NCBI GenBank assembly: GCA_965285935.1 | Contig: OZ260667.1 | Location: forward strand, 33,666,001 to 33,730,000 | Direction: 5' to 3' | Length of the DNA: 64,000 bases | From: Ophelia neglecta | Lineage: Eukaryota | Part shown: positions 13,201 to 27,325 of the stretch, in pieces | Layout: every line of letters starts with the position of its first letter | Numbering within the stretch: the stretch's first letter is position 1 | Program-made: the position numbers and the translations under genes | The notes under the pieces: generated by a model | The model's database searches: none | What the model was told of the DNA's origin: nothing | What the model saw: the letters and a program-made list of their open reading frames with translations, nothing else

Positions 13201-16200
13201 TTGGATGAAATTCTTTGACGTTGGTCTCTTACAATACGTATCCCTTGTTGAGGGGTTGTGCGTTGCGGCATTGTGTTCTAATGTTATGGTCTGTTGTTAA
13301 ATTGGCTCTGCAGCGGGTAACTGTTAAACTTCAATGGCTTTGATAGAACTCCTGCGTCGGCGGAAAGCCCTGGAAGAACCATGTAATAAGGTTCTCTTTT
13401 TACTCCTATGTAGAGAGCCGTCTGCCATGTCTGGGATCAACGTGGTATTAAAAACAGACAATTAATTGACGAGTAAATGTTAACATTCGCGTGTTTTACA
13501 GGACGATATTCTGTGGACAGGAAGCAGACTCCTGTACAGGCAAAAGTGCTTAATATTGTGATTGCATCATTTGCAGTGAGTGGTTACAACGCGACGCGTT
13601 GAAAGCTGACATCAGCGGGCTGTAAATTACACAGGCTCTCCTGTATTCAGCAGCTCCTGGCGTCAAACTCTCGTATTTTAGCCGCCCACCCCTCGCTATG
13701 CATGATATCAAGGCGAATAGCCCGAACAGCTGCCTGGTTATCAGATATGATAGAGGAAAGAGTAGTTCTCCAGTATGTTCCAATAGTAAGGAACCAAACT
13801 GTAGGGCAGTTATGTTGATAATCAAGGGTCATAAAAGGATTTACTCAGGGGGGGGGGGAGGGGGGGGGGCTTATGTCATGAGGTATACACTGGTTGTTGC
13901 GCATGCTCAGCTTTGAGTTGTGCTCAGGTATGTATACAAGCCATCCAACAGACAGACCACAACTTACCAATATAGCTGACTACCTTTTTACCCATAATCC
14001 AATTAGATGCCTTTTGGTGTCGTAATCTGGAAATTCTTTTTCGTGAATTGCGAAATAGAAATGAGAGTCTATGGCCTAGTAGACGTCATGATTTTTTCTT
14101 TGTATAAGTGTTTATTGAATTTTATGATGTTTAGCGATAAACTAGAGTAGGGGCGACAAGACGGTGTACCTGTCTCTCTGATGTTGGCTTTTCACCTCAC
14201 TCCGATTATGAAATAAAGGTAGGCCTACACAATTTCGATATTATCAGCAAATCAAGAGGTTGCCTTCAGCCTCAACTTGAATACATCATCGGAGTCTCCA
14301 ACCGCCCACCGCCATTTACCAGCAACCCGGCAACAAGGCCGCGCCGAGTGGAAAACTCCAGTCGATACTTGTCTCTCAAATGTTCTCCTCTGGCCGAAAA
14401 GGCCCAAACCCCATTTGGTTCTTTGACAGTAATGAATAACTCCGGCATTGAACCCACTCATCAATCAGTGTAAAACTATATATGATGCTATTTTTCCTGC
14501 CGCGGATGGCTGGTACCTGGTGAGTTGGAGGTTGTTCAGTAGTGGCGGTAAAGTCGTGTTTATCCTCGGCGACAAACAAGAGATGGGTCTCGTGTTGTCT
14601 AGAGGCATGCTTCGGGAGAATCTTTGCAGAGGCCAGTCAAGTAGCTTTGTAGGAGTTATATCAATCAAAATCATAATCACGCTTCACGCCCATAGGAAAG
14701 AGCTACTTTTGAAGATGTCTGTCTTTTCTACCTTATTTTACGAGCGGCATTTGCGCCCCGGCATCTATCGACTGCCACGTAACACGGCGCGGTCCCATTA
14801 CGGCTTTATCGCCTGTCTACTGGGCTCGTCCTTTGGAGAAAACCCATCATTTAAACTCACATTGATATACGTCTTTTTCAGATTACATCTACGAGTCGCT
14901 CTGGTATGTTAGAACTGGTTGGGGAGTCTTGCCCCTGGTCGGGAAATTTATTTATTTAAGTAGGCCTATAAAAATGTATCACTTCTCACTGTGTAATAAA
15001 TCAGTGAGATAAAAATGCGACTGCCTTACGTTTCCAGTACTACTCTCCATTAGAGATATGATGCAATTCTACTCTGTCAGCAACCCAGACACATTATTGA
15101 TGCGTCTGGTTGCCTTTTATCAACTTCCGGTTACATTATGTAGGGCCTATAACCAGAATATAACTCGAAATTTTATAATTATCGTGCAGTAGTATTAGTC
15201 ACAGTTTTACATCTACAGAAGCTTCATCGAAATCCTGTGAAGTTAAAACCATCTACTCGTCACGATTTTAACTTTATGTTTTCACTTGGCAATTATGGTT
15301 TGCCGTTAAGTTGAAACCTGTGAGGACTTGCTAACCAATGCCATTTGCTGAGCCAACCAAAGCCATTCCCCTTTGGACTAGGGTAGAAGCTTTCTAATCA
15401 GCTGTTCTTTATAATCACCTTATTAACCTCGCGTCTTCTAACTCTATCGGCCTTAATAAAAATAACTTATTCTCCCTGATATGATCCCTCACAGCTGATA
15501 ACCGAGTGAGACCCTATTTAAACAAACCATTTTTGAAGACAATATGGAGCTAGGATTAGTCATCATTCTATCTAAATCTTTCCTTTTCATTCGGCCAATC
15601 GTTCTATTAGCTGCTTTTTATCATGCAGCATGATGGAAGATCCAACAAAAAGAGCGATAGGAAAAAGTAAACCTGCCAATTGTAAAGGCAGTTAGTTCCT
15701 GTGGTGACACCGGGGATCTTCCAAGCAGAAAAATGTGCTTGAGCAAAACATCTTACATTCGCCAAGTTAATGAGATATTTCAACACAAATACTCAAAACA
15801 TGCCTCAATTCACGGAGACAATTTGAGCATTAATAAACCTCAGCTGGGATGATTGATAGACAAAATATACAGGATTTCACAAAAGTGGTTATTTCAGAAC
15901 TGACATCATAGCATAAGCGAGCAGGTAGTCTCGAAACGGGCTTGCCCTCCCCCCATCCGCGCCCCCCGCTCCCCCCCCCCCCTGCCCCGCCCCAGCCGCA
16001 CCCCTTCAAGCGTTTCTCTGAATATCTGTCATGCTCGTACCCTTTCTTTTGAACTGATCGTTTTGGTCGTTCTTGAGGTTTTCTCCCCTGTACATTACAG
16101 ATTAATAGTGATTTTGTTGTAATTATAGACTTGGTCCATAAGCCATCTCCTCGCTAAAGAACACGCGGGCGATTACCTTGGCTCTCTTATCTTATACAAG

Positions 16201-19200
16201 GACCCACAAAGGTGAGGAGGGGCCTTCTCAAGCCAGTATATGCATCTTTGGAACACATTTCTTCTAGTTTATTACTGCTGCACGATTACTACAGGAAGTG
16301 GTAGTTCATTGGGCAAAGTTACAACGTCTGCCGTTTCCAGCATTTTAGTTGATGACTGATTGCAACCTCGGATAACAGATACATCTAATGAAAACAGGAC
16401 GATTGATATAGACAGACTACTCAAGGTGCTCACGTAATTGTTTAGTTACCTTAATTGGCAGTTAAACCAATCAGGTACAGTTTAACATAACCCTTTGGCG
16501 TGTGTTGATTTGGTTGGCTCAGACAAAATGGCCGGACTCCCAGCGGATTCCTCTCATTAACTGCACGAAAGGACCAGCCATAATAGTCTTTCTTTAAGTA
16601 AAATGATACATATCGTTAAAACGATGACAGAGATGATTTATGACTGTTTTTATCAGTTATATTAAAGCTGTAACAATCAAACTTCGCAAGTGATTCATTT
16701 GAAAATCGTTAAGCCGTGATTCACCAATTTATTAGCTGCCCTCTCATGATGTAATTTGAATCGAGATTAGAACTCTTGTGGGCAACAATGAAAAATGTGA
16801 CATCGACTTTTGACCTTTTTAGATGCCAAGTTTGTTGCGGGGGTGAAAACGTTAAGGCCACTTTGCTGATGCGTTCAGCTGGCACTAGTGTATTGGTCTC
16901 TCCTCGAGGTGAGAGGCAATGTATCACCCTTAAATGTTTGTACAGATACTTAACATTTGTCTCATCCATTGATTCCATTGGGAACCATGAAAAAGTCAAA
17001 AGCTGGCCCAAATTGCAATGGTTTGTGAAATCAGATGAAATGGGAAATTGTTTCGTTGTAGGTGTTATTAAACTGGCAAACCTACATGCCTATATGATAT
17101 ATATGTATGATTGTTTTTAGTCTTTTCTTAGATTTGGCTGTCATTACAGTTTTAAAGCGCAATATCATGCCACGAGGAAAACATAGAATTGTAGTCAAAC
17201 ATGGACATTCCCCTGTCGAAGTCGTCCCCAATGTGCTGATAGTGTGAGTTCGAGTCTCCAGGTCTGTGCTCAATCTCCACGGGCCTGGGTGTTTAAAACT
17301 ACGGGTTCTGTGGCAAGGGCTCACCCTAGTAATCCTACTCTATCACGGGGCTGTAGGGGTGTTTAAAACACTTTCTTCCGTGGCAGAAAACTCCCCAGGG
17401 CTGTTCGGTGAAGGTTGTAGTGGTTGTGGGGACGCAGGGGGGGAGAAACTGTCAGATTACACTGCCAAAAATATACGTCAGCTGGGATCCCGATCATACC
17501 GACGAGGACGATGACCTCGGACATGTCACATGTCATAGCACATCAATATCGTCTGAAAACTGGGACTAGATACCATCTGTCTGTCTGGTACTGGGAGGCT
17601 CGGGACCGAACCTGGAGGAGGCCTACTGCGCCCTGCCTGCCACAACAACAGTGGGAAAAAGTGACACCCTTCTCGGCTGTAATTGGGTAAGGCGTAGAAA
17701 TTATAGCGAACCCCTTCTGAAATGATGTCCATGCTGGACGGCGAGATGGCGTTGCAGCAGTCCATGTGGTTAAGAAGAGGTCTTTGCCAGGTTTGTAAGA
17801 GCCGAGAACCCATGTTGGTGGTGCCGGCTCTCGGAGCGAGTCCCTACAGAGTACCTCAACGTATCCCTTACACATAACCGCCGCCGTCAATTTGCACTTT
17901 GATCAAAGCGGTTATAAATTGAATCCGGCCAATCAATTCGGTCCCCAGGCAGAGAGTCCTGTGTCTGTCGTGGTGTAATACGCTCTCCGAAACGGGGAGA
18001 TGTTTCTTGTGTGAGGTTTCAGCCTATTATCCTAGAAATCCGTCGGTGTAATGGCATGCATAGTCCACAGGGAGATCACCGATTTCATTTTGATCAGATC
18101 TGCTCTTTCTCATTACGCGCGAATGCGGAGACTGATGAGTCGTTTTTCTATTGCCTCCAAAAAGTAACTACATGTCCTGAATATAACTCATGTTCGGCCT
18201 TGGCCGGGATATTTATGGGAATGATATTGTTTTTTATGTGTTATCTTCTGTCTGTTTAGCAAGTTAAAGCCCCAATGTTAATACTTCCTCAATAACAGCC
18301 AGCGAAGCCGCAGAAGCGCCATTTAGGCATCAGACCACGGAAGTCTGAAGACAAGCAGCCCAGTGTAATATACGTTTCGTATGTACCCAGGGTGTACACT
18401 TACCCTTACCATTCGACCACGTCCGATGTTACATTACACGGTTTATCATACTGTTTATGAGAGTCAGAAAATGCAAGCGGCACATTCACCATTCCAAGTT
18501 ATGAATATTTTGTAAATATGCTTTGTTAAGCGTTTCCTTGCTGCATTAATGAGCGATTCATCACTTTGTTGTCGTCCATTGTTTTTATTCATGGCACTTT
18601 GTCTACAGTATTTCTCCATGGTGTCTTCTGTCCAGTATTTGGATAAGGCTCCACTTGGATGAATAAGCCCGGAAATAGAAATTCGCGTGGGCAGATTCTT
18701 CAATTATCACTGTGAATAAGAAAGGCAATGAAATCGACAGTAAAGTCGCGGAATTTTGCTTCCCCGAAATCAACCATCGTAAACATCTGGTCAAATGTTG
18801 ATTTGACGTCTAACCGCACACAGGACAAAGAAAAGTACTTAAATCTTATACTGCAATCCGTGAGCCCAAACCGAGTCAATGGTACATCTCATCGCTGGGC
18901 CATGCCTCACATGTAGAACTGAGGACTTATTTTAGTACTTCCTCTGCGGGGCTGAGTGAGTCTATACGAGCAAATTAAGATCACCAATTTCTCTTTTATC
19001 AGAATAAAAATGTGTGTCAAACCTCAGGACTGCTAATCATTTTTCTTAACATTTTTATGTGGCTGAAAATCCCCATGCCAAAGATGTAGTCAGAAGATTT
19101 TATTACAACGCCAACCCTGGGCCAGGTCGACAAACTGTCAAACAATCGTATTGGCCCAATTGTCGGTGACCATCAAGTACACCAGGCCGCAGGCGAGTCT

Positions 19201-19985
19201 ACACCCAATATTCTGACATGTCGGTAATGAAAACATGTTGACTACATATTGATAGTCAGTGCATGGCGGTAGGGGAGGCGAGGTCGAGCTATATTAACCT
19301 TAGATTAGTGGCAGATCGATGCCAAATGAGGAGATTTAGAGCATAGGGGAAGAGCCTCTACCTGCCAATACTTTGTGAGAAACGTCCGCTGCTTCCTGCT
19401 CATGTGGCCTCCTCCGTTTCCTGCTCCGCGAATTAGGTTGGCTGAGTACTTCCGGTCGCCTGTGGAAGCTCTGATACTTAAAGACGCCCGATGCGATTTC
19501 TGCTATCGCCTATCAAAAATGATGACATTAATCAGCCACCAGTGTCGTCTGCTCGTCTTCCGAAGCGCGTAATGACTTCGTTCCTGGCTTACCATGTATG
19601 AGATCCTTCGCTCTATCTCCCTCCCACGTAGCAATGCGTATTCCTGGCATTTTCCCTTAAAAAATAGTTTCATATTTTTCAGTTAATAAAGTACTATCAA
19701 CATTATTATTAAAAGATAACCTAATTAAGACAAAAGCCGATTGCCTACTTTGGTAGCATTGCTTCCCATTGCTTTGAACGCTGGGCGGAGCCAAGCCAGA
19801 AAGAGGATTACGTGTTTGTGACAAAAACAAGAGAATCACACAGAATTGAATTGCTTTATGCAACATGTGTGAACGTTCCAGACAGAGATTTATTCACCTT
19901 TGTTCAGACTCTAAAACATGAAAGCAGGCCCAATAATCTGTATTATATGTTTCTTTATTATTCACAATTGATTTTTTTTCTGCAG

Positions 19986-20096
19986 GATGGACGAACTGCG
20001 CTGCATCACGCCATTGTTCACGGGGTCGTCGATAATGACCTGGAGGTTGCTCAACATCTTATCAATTTTGGCTGTGATGTTAACATCAAGGATGAG
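19986..20096 (+). CDS. Roco gene exon 2: ankyrin repeat
   Basis: Encodes DGRTALHHAIVHGVVDNDLEVAQHLINFGCDVNIKDE, matching the ankyrin consensus G-x-T-[AP]-L-H-x-A...L-I-x-x-G-x-D-V-N-x-x-D. Acceptor tttttttctgcag|, donor GAG|gtatgt; 111 bp, phase 0/0. Confidence 0.9.
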
Positions 20097-20357
20097 GTAT
20101 GTCAACTCTAACCAAACATACGTGTTTGTCGCCGCTAAATTACATTGTATGCGCTAGTTTACTCTGTGATATGCACAAGACTAATGTTTGACTATTCTAC
20201 AGCAAAAGGTACTGTTCATCATGTTATCTGGTGCAGAGGGTCTGGAAAATGCTGAATATTTTATAAGCAGGACATTTATTTATTTCAAAGGTCCGACCTT
20301 GTCCTCCTAGACCTAACCGTGCTATGGACATAAATTCTAATTCTAGTCCTAATAATT

Positions 20358-20384
20358 TATATATATATATATATAGAGAGAGAG
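20358..20384. repeat. (TA)n(GA)n microsatellite
   Basis: Direct reading. Confidence 0.9.
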
Positions 20385-22660
20385 TATTGTATAGTGACTG
20401 TATTTTGGCATTTAATATGGCGGCTTTCTCCGTCGTAAATATATAATGACTAGCGTCTTCAAGAAAATAATCGTTTATGAGAGATAAAAAATATTAGAAT
20501 AAAAGAGGTTTTCTCGTTTAAGTAATACTCAACGTTCACCTCATATTCCCCTTGTAATATAAACAGTTATTTTCAAGAATACTATGTTAGCGATAGTTAA
20601 ACTAGTGAATATACCTGGATGAGCGAGGGAAGAGAGAGAGAGCTATGTCCACGCTTATTGTTGGTGACAAGTTTAGCCCCTTTGCGTTCATCAGCATGAA
20701 GAGATCGGCTAAGGTTATTTGGCCAGCAGACTCTACAGCAGGAATCCGTATTGGGCAGACAACTACCAACTGATGGCTACACTTACTTTGTTAATTGACG
20801 GCGGCTGTGTGATGCATGCACGTGACCTGGTAGAGAACTCGTCTGCTCCCTCGAGTACCAACCGTTGTTAGTGGCTGGAGAACGCGTCAGAATAACTCAA
20901 ACCAACATCTATTAGGAAGACACCAACGCGGCCTATAATGTGGCCCACAGCTTCATAACTTCTTTTAAAACGCCACTCATCTGTGTGTGTCTTAGGGGAT
21001 GGGGTTTCCTTCAAAGAACCGCATCCACCATTCCTCCTGCCTAAAAAATGACAGCCATGATTACCATACCATGTCTGCAATAATTTCTAAAGCAAGTATC
21101 CTTGAGCTGCTCCTTTTTAGCCGTTGGTGCACATTTTATTTCCTTCTCCATTTCTAATTGATTTTTCCGTTGCTCGAATCATTTCATTTCATTATCAAAT
21201 TCATTGATCGCATAAAAAACGGGGAACAAGAGAGGTGTAATCAAATCTAGCGAGAGAGGCGTATTTCAACATGGATTGTAGGAAGGAGGTGTAAAGGATG
21301 TCGGGAAATGTGGCAGCGGGCAGGTCTTCGGGCGTGGGGGGATCGAGTAGTTGACGAGGGTCGAAAGGGGAGGCCCGGCTTGACGCCGTGCCAACACTCG
21401 TCACCTGAAGACATTCACCGGCTTAGTGCCCCAAACCCTGGAGAAATCATTGCCGTGAACAGCCAAATCCCATGGACGTGCCCTACACTGTTTATCCCCT
21501 ATCCATACAGCTTAATATGGCTGAATAAACTCAAACTGGGTAATTCTATCACGAACCAACGAATGAATGTCCAAGCAATATGTCCACTTTTAGAAAAAAA
21601 TTGAACACCTTCTGTGGCAGCCAGCCAATATTTAATTTTCCGATAAATTGGTGGCCAAGCTCGGCCATATTGGATCAGTGACGTCGGTGAAAATTGAGTT
21701 AGAGATGAGACGGTCGCCCTGGCCTGCAGTGTGTCTGGAGGAATCTAGATTAACTGTGTGTAAAAGTCGCGCCTGACGACCACGGATTGGATTAGGGATC
21801 AGATGTACCCTGGACAGAGTGAGGGTATCTACTAATGGATCTAAAGGGTACCCAGGGTCCCAACACCGGGCTTCAGATAGTCTCTCTAGGGTGTGGGATG
21901 TGTGTTCTCGGAGACGAGGGAAACCTCCCGATCTACGTGATATCCACCTTCCCAGGCCACCATTAAACTGTGTCCACTCTCTTCCGAGTTTCCTATACAT
22001 AAATACCATCGTCTAAATTATTACCGACCACAGGAGCCGAAGTCAACGAGCAAAGCCGCTATCGTGTGTAATATACCAGTGTCCAGGCTGTAAAAAATAG
22101 TACAGGTGTCAATAAAACATTGACACTTATCAAAGATATATAATTATGCTTCTCCGATCCGCTGAAAAGGATATCGCTACCAATTATGTCAACCAGACTT
22201 CTGTTCGATGTTGTAAATTACATCTTGTTAGGTGAACATCATCATTATTATCGTGTGATTGCCAGTTCATGTTGAACAAAGACACTAGTTATCGTATAGT
22301 ATGGCTCAAAGAAACCAGATATGTTCAAAGGCAAAAGCACCAATACTTTGCTCCTATCCTCCCACTCTGCTCGTTATCTGTGTCTTCTTTAATGAAATCT
22401 GATAAAAAAAACTACCGGTTTAAACCCTACACCTTAGTCCCACCCCAACGCCCACTCCTTCCCAGAAATCACCGCAAGCAAATAATATATGGGAGAAAGT
22501 GTCTCATCTAAATGAGCCATGTTTTCTTAGGTAAAACTACCTGATTGTGTCATTCATTATCGCTCCCAGTGGAGATATCATTCTAGCTCGTTTTATCGTT
22601 ATAATGCCTCGCTGGTTGTGTCGCGTGAGGTTTTTTATTCAGTTATTCTGTTTATTTCAG

Positions 22661-22783
22661 ACACCTCATCGAGAATCTGCCATCCACGTAGCTATACGCT
22701 TGGGGCACCTCGAGGCGGTCAAAATGCTGCTCGAGGCACCCTCCTTTGATATAGTCAGATGTGACGCATTTCAGCGAGCAAAG
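22661..22783 (+). CDS. Roco gene exon 3: ankyrin repeat
   Basis: Encodes TPHRESAIHVAIRLGHLEAVKMLLEAPSFDIVRCDAFQRAK (ankyrin SAIHxA..GHLExVKxLL). Acceptor tttatttcag|, donor AAG|gtaagt; 123 bp, phase 0/0. Confidence 0.88.
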
Positions 22784-24351
22784 GTAAGTAGCAAAACCAG
22801 ACGATATCATGTTTGTATTGTGTGTGGGACTCAATACATGATTTTGTCATTTTAAATATTGAAAGCGTGCCATTTTGGAACTGTATTAAATATATATAGC
22901 TTTATAATGCTATTGCCACCGTATGATGAGTCAAACAGTCCATATTTCGCCCAGTGAATACCTGACTCGGAACAATCTACGATCTCAGCCAGTGTGGCGA
23001 AATTAACCAGAAAAAGTCAAATAACTTTTAAGCAGGATTTATAAAAAATGGCAATACATACATAAATTTCTTATTTGCTAGCCAGGTGGATGATCTCAGA
23101 AAATCAGTCAGGCAATTCCGAACGTTTTTGGGCCGGTGAGAGTGTAAACATGTTTAATTTTTTGTTCTCTATATAGCAAATGATCTGAATACGATCAGGC
23201 AAGAAGGTTCATGTCTGATCTGTTTTATGAGGTTATTTTTCCAACCGCTTAAAAAATAGACATCTTAGCCATTATTTCACAGGATTTATCTTTGGATGTC
23301 CTGGCTGCTGTCTGTGATATTCTTGTTACCTGGACAAACCAGAAGTCTGGATACCCTGGCAGACGATACAAACTCATTAATCATAAATAGTCCAATTGAT
23401 GGGTCTGAAATCATCAGAACCGTCAGCGGCAGGCATACATACATGATTACCTATAGTTCCTTTACTATAGATAAGCTTGTAACGAAAAAATATATAAGAA
23501 AATAAGAAAATTGGATTGCTTGTCATAAGAAGTGGTCAACAGTTTTCCGTGATGCCAGTCATAAAATAAAACAAAAGAGTGAGTGGTTTGTGTAGGTCAG
23601 AGATGAAGTATGGCGTAGGAGAGTATAATATGATGGACTAGTCTCTTGAAAGTTCACCCGTCATTGTTAACAACGTGCCGGCACTTGATCACATCGCAAC
23701 GTAACACTATTATACGGAAAAAAATACAACACTGGGAACACTGGGTGGGAAAACAATACAGGAATTGGAGGAAAATTCGAAATCGACCTAGCTGTAGGCT
23801 TGGTTTGAGTTTGTATAGTCATGCGCATACAAAGGCGTCAAACTAGGTCAAATGAAGAGCAGACTGTGCCCGGAGGCACAGTCTGGGTCGGGTTTGCTTG
23901 GATTTAGGTTGGCATAATTATACAACGGATATGAGATGCAATATAATGACTCATGTGTCTATAAACTTACATACATTTTGCCATAACTTGCTGGCCCCTC
24001 CCTTTGCTTCGGGGTATATCATCAGGCTGCACACTCGAGGATGAGAGCCGTGCAGCCATCCAGATGAAAGTCTGTTGACCCAGATTCGTCTTTTGATGTA
24101 GTCACGCGTCATCCTACCCATGCATCCAAGTGACCTCTGCGAGCCACCCAAATGGTTGAAGAGGTCAATAAACACTTTCTTTGAAGCATATACTTGCTTT
24201 CTCTTTCATCATTGGCTGTTTTTAATTAAAACTTGTAACAGATTTTATATTAACCGAATACGCTTTATTTGGGAGATGTTTTTCTGCGGTTTCTTTGCTA
24301 CAGGCGGGTCCGGCGTCATTATTATTAGGTCACTGGCAGACGACAGAACAT

Positions 24352-24432
24352 AAAGACGGACAGTGGGCTTGAACCCAGCCAGACTCCGCTATCTACTCAC
24401 AACCGCCGCAGCCTCACCGCTCCCTCGCTATT
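24352..24432 (-). mobile_element. Degenerate tRNA-derived SINE-like head
   Basis: Minus strand reads TAGCGAGGGAGCGG (weak A-box-like) ... GGGTTCAAGCCC (B-box/T-loop-like) followed by TGTCCGTCTTT. No complete cloverleaf. Confidence 0.25.
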
Positions 24433-26984
24433 CAGGGAGATGATTGGACTTAAGCCTGCCGGAATAGAAATGATAATTACAATGGGATATGGCCAGTGAC
24501 AAATTATGGCCAGGTCAGCAGCACAATGCAAGGGTTCCATATCGAAGCCATAGTTCTTATTTGTGATTTCATCTTGGCTGGTGCTCTTTTGAGCCAACTC
24601 GAGAGGGTGATTTCTGCTGTGAAGCTTCACGGCCGTCTTTAGAGTTTCTTGCCTGCCCTCTGACCTCATTTTCCCCTTATAGACGGCAAGAGCCACTGCT
24701 TTATGGCAGCTCCAAACCTAGTTGGTTGTTCCTACCGCGGCTTTGCCGTAATCCGTCTAAGTTGATGTCGTTCATTGACCCAGGAACCGAGTCCTGACAT
24801 GGATGAGAAGCGAGGTTCAATCAAACACGTCTAACCATAGTCCAAGCTTAGCTCTCGCCAGGGCCAAGCGGCTCATCACGGCAGTATTTACAGCGTATTA
24901 TAACACCAGAGATGTTTCAAACCAACCAGCCTAGAGGGAAAATATCTCGCTATTTGGCTGCTTGGGCGTCATCTGTTTTCAATAGAATATGACGGACCTG
25001 TGCTGCGGTCTGGCCGCTGACCAGATGAAGGAAGGGCATTCAGACCATGTGAATGGCGAATTCTCCTCAGGTCCCAGCTGACTGCAGCCGAAACTGACAG
25101 AATGAAAACCTTTACTGGCAGCTAATGTTGTTATTTGACTCTTATAGTATACGTATTCAATCTGCTTCTGGTCCCTCTGGTTCTTATGAGAAATGAACCA
25201 TTGATGTTTTGCGGAAACGGAGATTTGTGTCGGGGCATAACGCGTTTACTGGAATTTCTAGCAAGTTCAGTTTCGTCTCCGGTACCTCCTTCTCTGTGAA
25301 CGATGGTGGAGAAGGGCGCCCCTAATAGATTTAAAACGCCCTAAACGCCCGCCAACAAGCCTTAATGGTGTCAAGCATCCTCCCAAGGTCGCGCTAGGCC
25401 TGTTGAAGTCTGTGAGTGCTGTCCTTAGAACCCGACACGTGTTGGATCACAATAAGAGCAGAGTTCCAGAGCGCAGCACCACTCAACCTCAATTTCAATA
25501 GCGCGACAGTCGATAGCGAAAAAAAACGTCTTTTTTCCTACGGTCTTTAAATAATCATGTCTGAAAACTTCGGCATTTCTCATTTCCCGCAGAAGCCATT
25601 TTATGTATTCTCATGCACCAGATCCTAAATGGTGGGTGGATCGGTTTCGTTAATTTCGCCGCATCACCGGGAATAGTGAAATACTTGTCATTTGTCTGAA
25701 ATAAAAATGATGAAGCTCTATAAATGGCGCTTTGCGAACAGAACACGGGGTAAACACCACCAAGAAGCTCATCAGACAGACCTAACTGTCAGCTTATTCC
25801 CCGCTCACCACGGCCTCCCTGGGGCTCACGTGTGTAGTTGGCTACTTCATTTTTATGCATAGAAATGTCGCTCGGTAGGTCTCCAAGGGAACTCAGACAA
25901 TTGAAGTTATTTCGCGTGTGGTGCAGACGATGCAGATGTCCCTTCATCTTTTCCGTGCGTTGGGATCATGCTCACGTGAGATTGCATTGGATCGTGACAT
26001 CTTATATTCTGTTATAGTAGTATGTCCTATATTAATGTATTATTGGCTCCCAACAACAAGTTTACCTCCCTCTAACAGGTTGTCCGGTCATTATATACCG
26101 ACCTAATTTCATTTCCTTCTAAATCGAGCGCCTTCAGAGAACGCTATTCACGTGAATTAGGATAAGGAGGTCTAATTCAATGTCCACATAACCTCCATGA
26201 CTTACAGCGAGGTTGAGCACCGAAAGTGTAATTACCATCCACAGGGAAAGATTGGTCGCTTAGCGGCCAGAAATGGTATCCTTCCCGGCGCCGACCCAGG
26301 GTCCGTCGACTGACCTTGTCCGCCTGCCGCCGACCACACAGGCCCCTGGTCAGAGGTCGCGTGGTCGGTGGACTAGAGATAGGGAGGAGCGCACGAGCAT
26401 TTCGTCTCCCATTGATCAACTTGTCAGATTAAGCCATTCTTTTAGGGGCCGTTACCACTTTAACTTTACCATTCTTTGTATCGTTCTATCGATCTTATGC
26501 GTGTCTGAGACGTATCCAAGACAATTGCTCGATGCCCTGGATTGGGGCCTAGGTGGCCAGTGTCTATTACAGGATAACTGGCGAGCTTTCCTCGGGAGAG
26601 TATGGGTGATTGCAAATGTAGCATTTTCCCATTCCAAGTGACCCACTTTCTGCAAGGCTCGAGGTGCACTTTTCTCTTAAGCCTCGCCTCAACGAAGAAT
26701 GTTGTTACTATGTTATCCCAAATTTTGATAAACCACTTCTAACCAATGTTTGTGCATAAACGTGCTTCTTAACGCCTTGACTGGAGAAGATCCTCCTTTA
26801 TTGATGAGTAGTTTAGCTTAACCTATTTCTATTCTTCTCAAATATTGTCCAAGTCATTTAGAACGGTCTTGATCTATAACTAGGTGCAGCAGTTAGTCTG
26901 ACACGGCGTGATGCATAACACGTGGCTTCATACCACACCCGGGATACCACACCTCCCAAACCAAGCCAATGATACGGTTATTAT

Positions 26985-27325
26985 ACTGCATGGGCAGACA
27001 AAACCAACCCATTGTAAGGGAGGTTGTTATTGGGCGGACAAAACCACCCCTATGAGTCTTAACTTGGCTGACAAAGCAACCCATTTTTCACTCGACCGAC
27101 AAAACCAACCAGTTGACAATGAAGCTTTACTCGGCAGACATAACCAACCAATTGATAAGGAGATTTTGCTCGACCAAGATAATTCCGCAATTGTCCTGGT
27201 AGTTTTAACCGGCAGACGAAATCAACACATGGTTAGGAAGGTTTCACTAGGCAAACACAACCAACCCATTGATAGGAAAGTTTTACTAGGCAGACTAAAC
27301 CAACCCATTGATAAGGACAATTTCT
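26985..27325. repeat. Degenerate 39-bp tandem repeat (~6 in-register copies plus 2-3 eroded upstream copies), intron 3
   Basis: Core CT(C/A)GGCAGAC..AACCAACCCATTGATAAG recurs at 27091, 27130, 27169, 27208, 27247 and 27286 (exact 39-bp spacing). Confidence 0.85.

Noticed and set aside
17424-17690. GC-rich ORF ending at a gtaagg donor as an alternative first exon
   Set aside because: The donor is phase 2 in the ATG-containing frame and incompatible with phase-0 exon 2; the phase-0 frame has a stop and no ATG.
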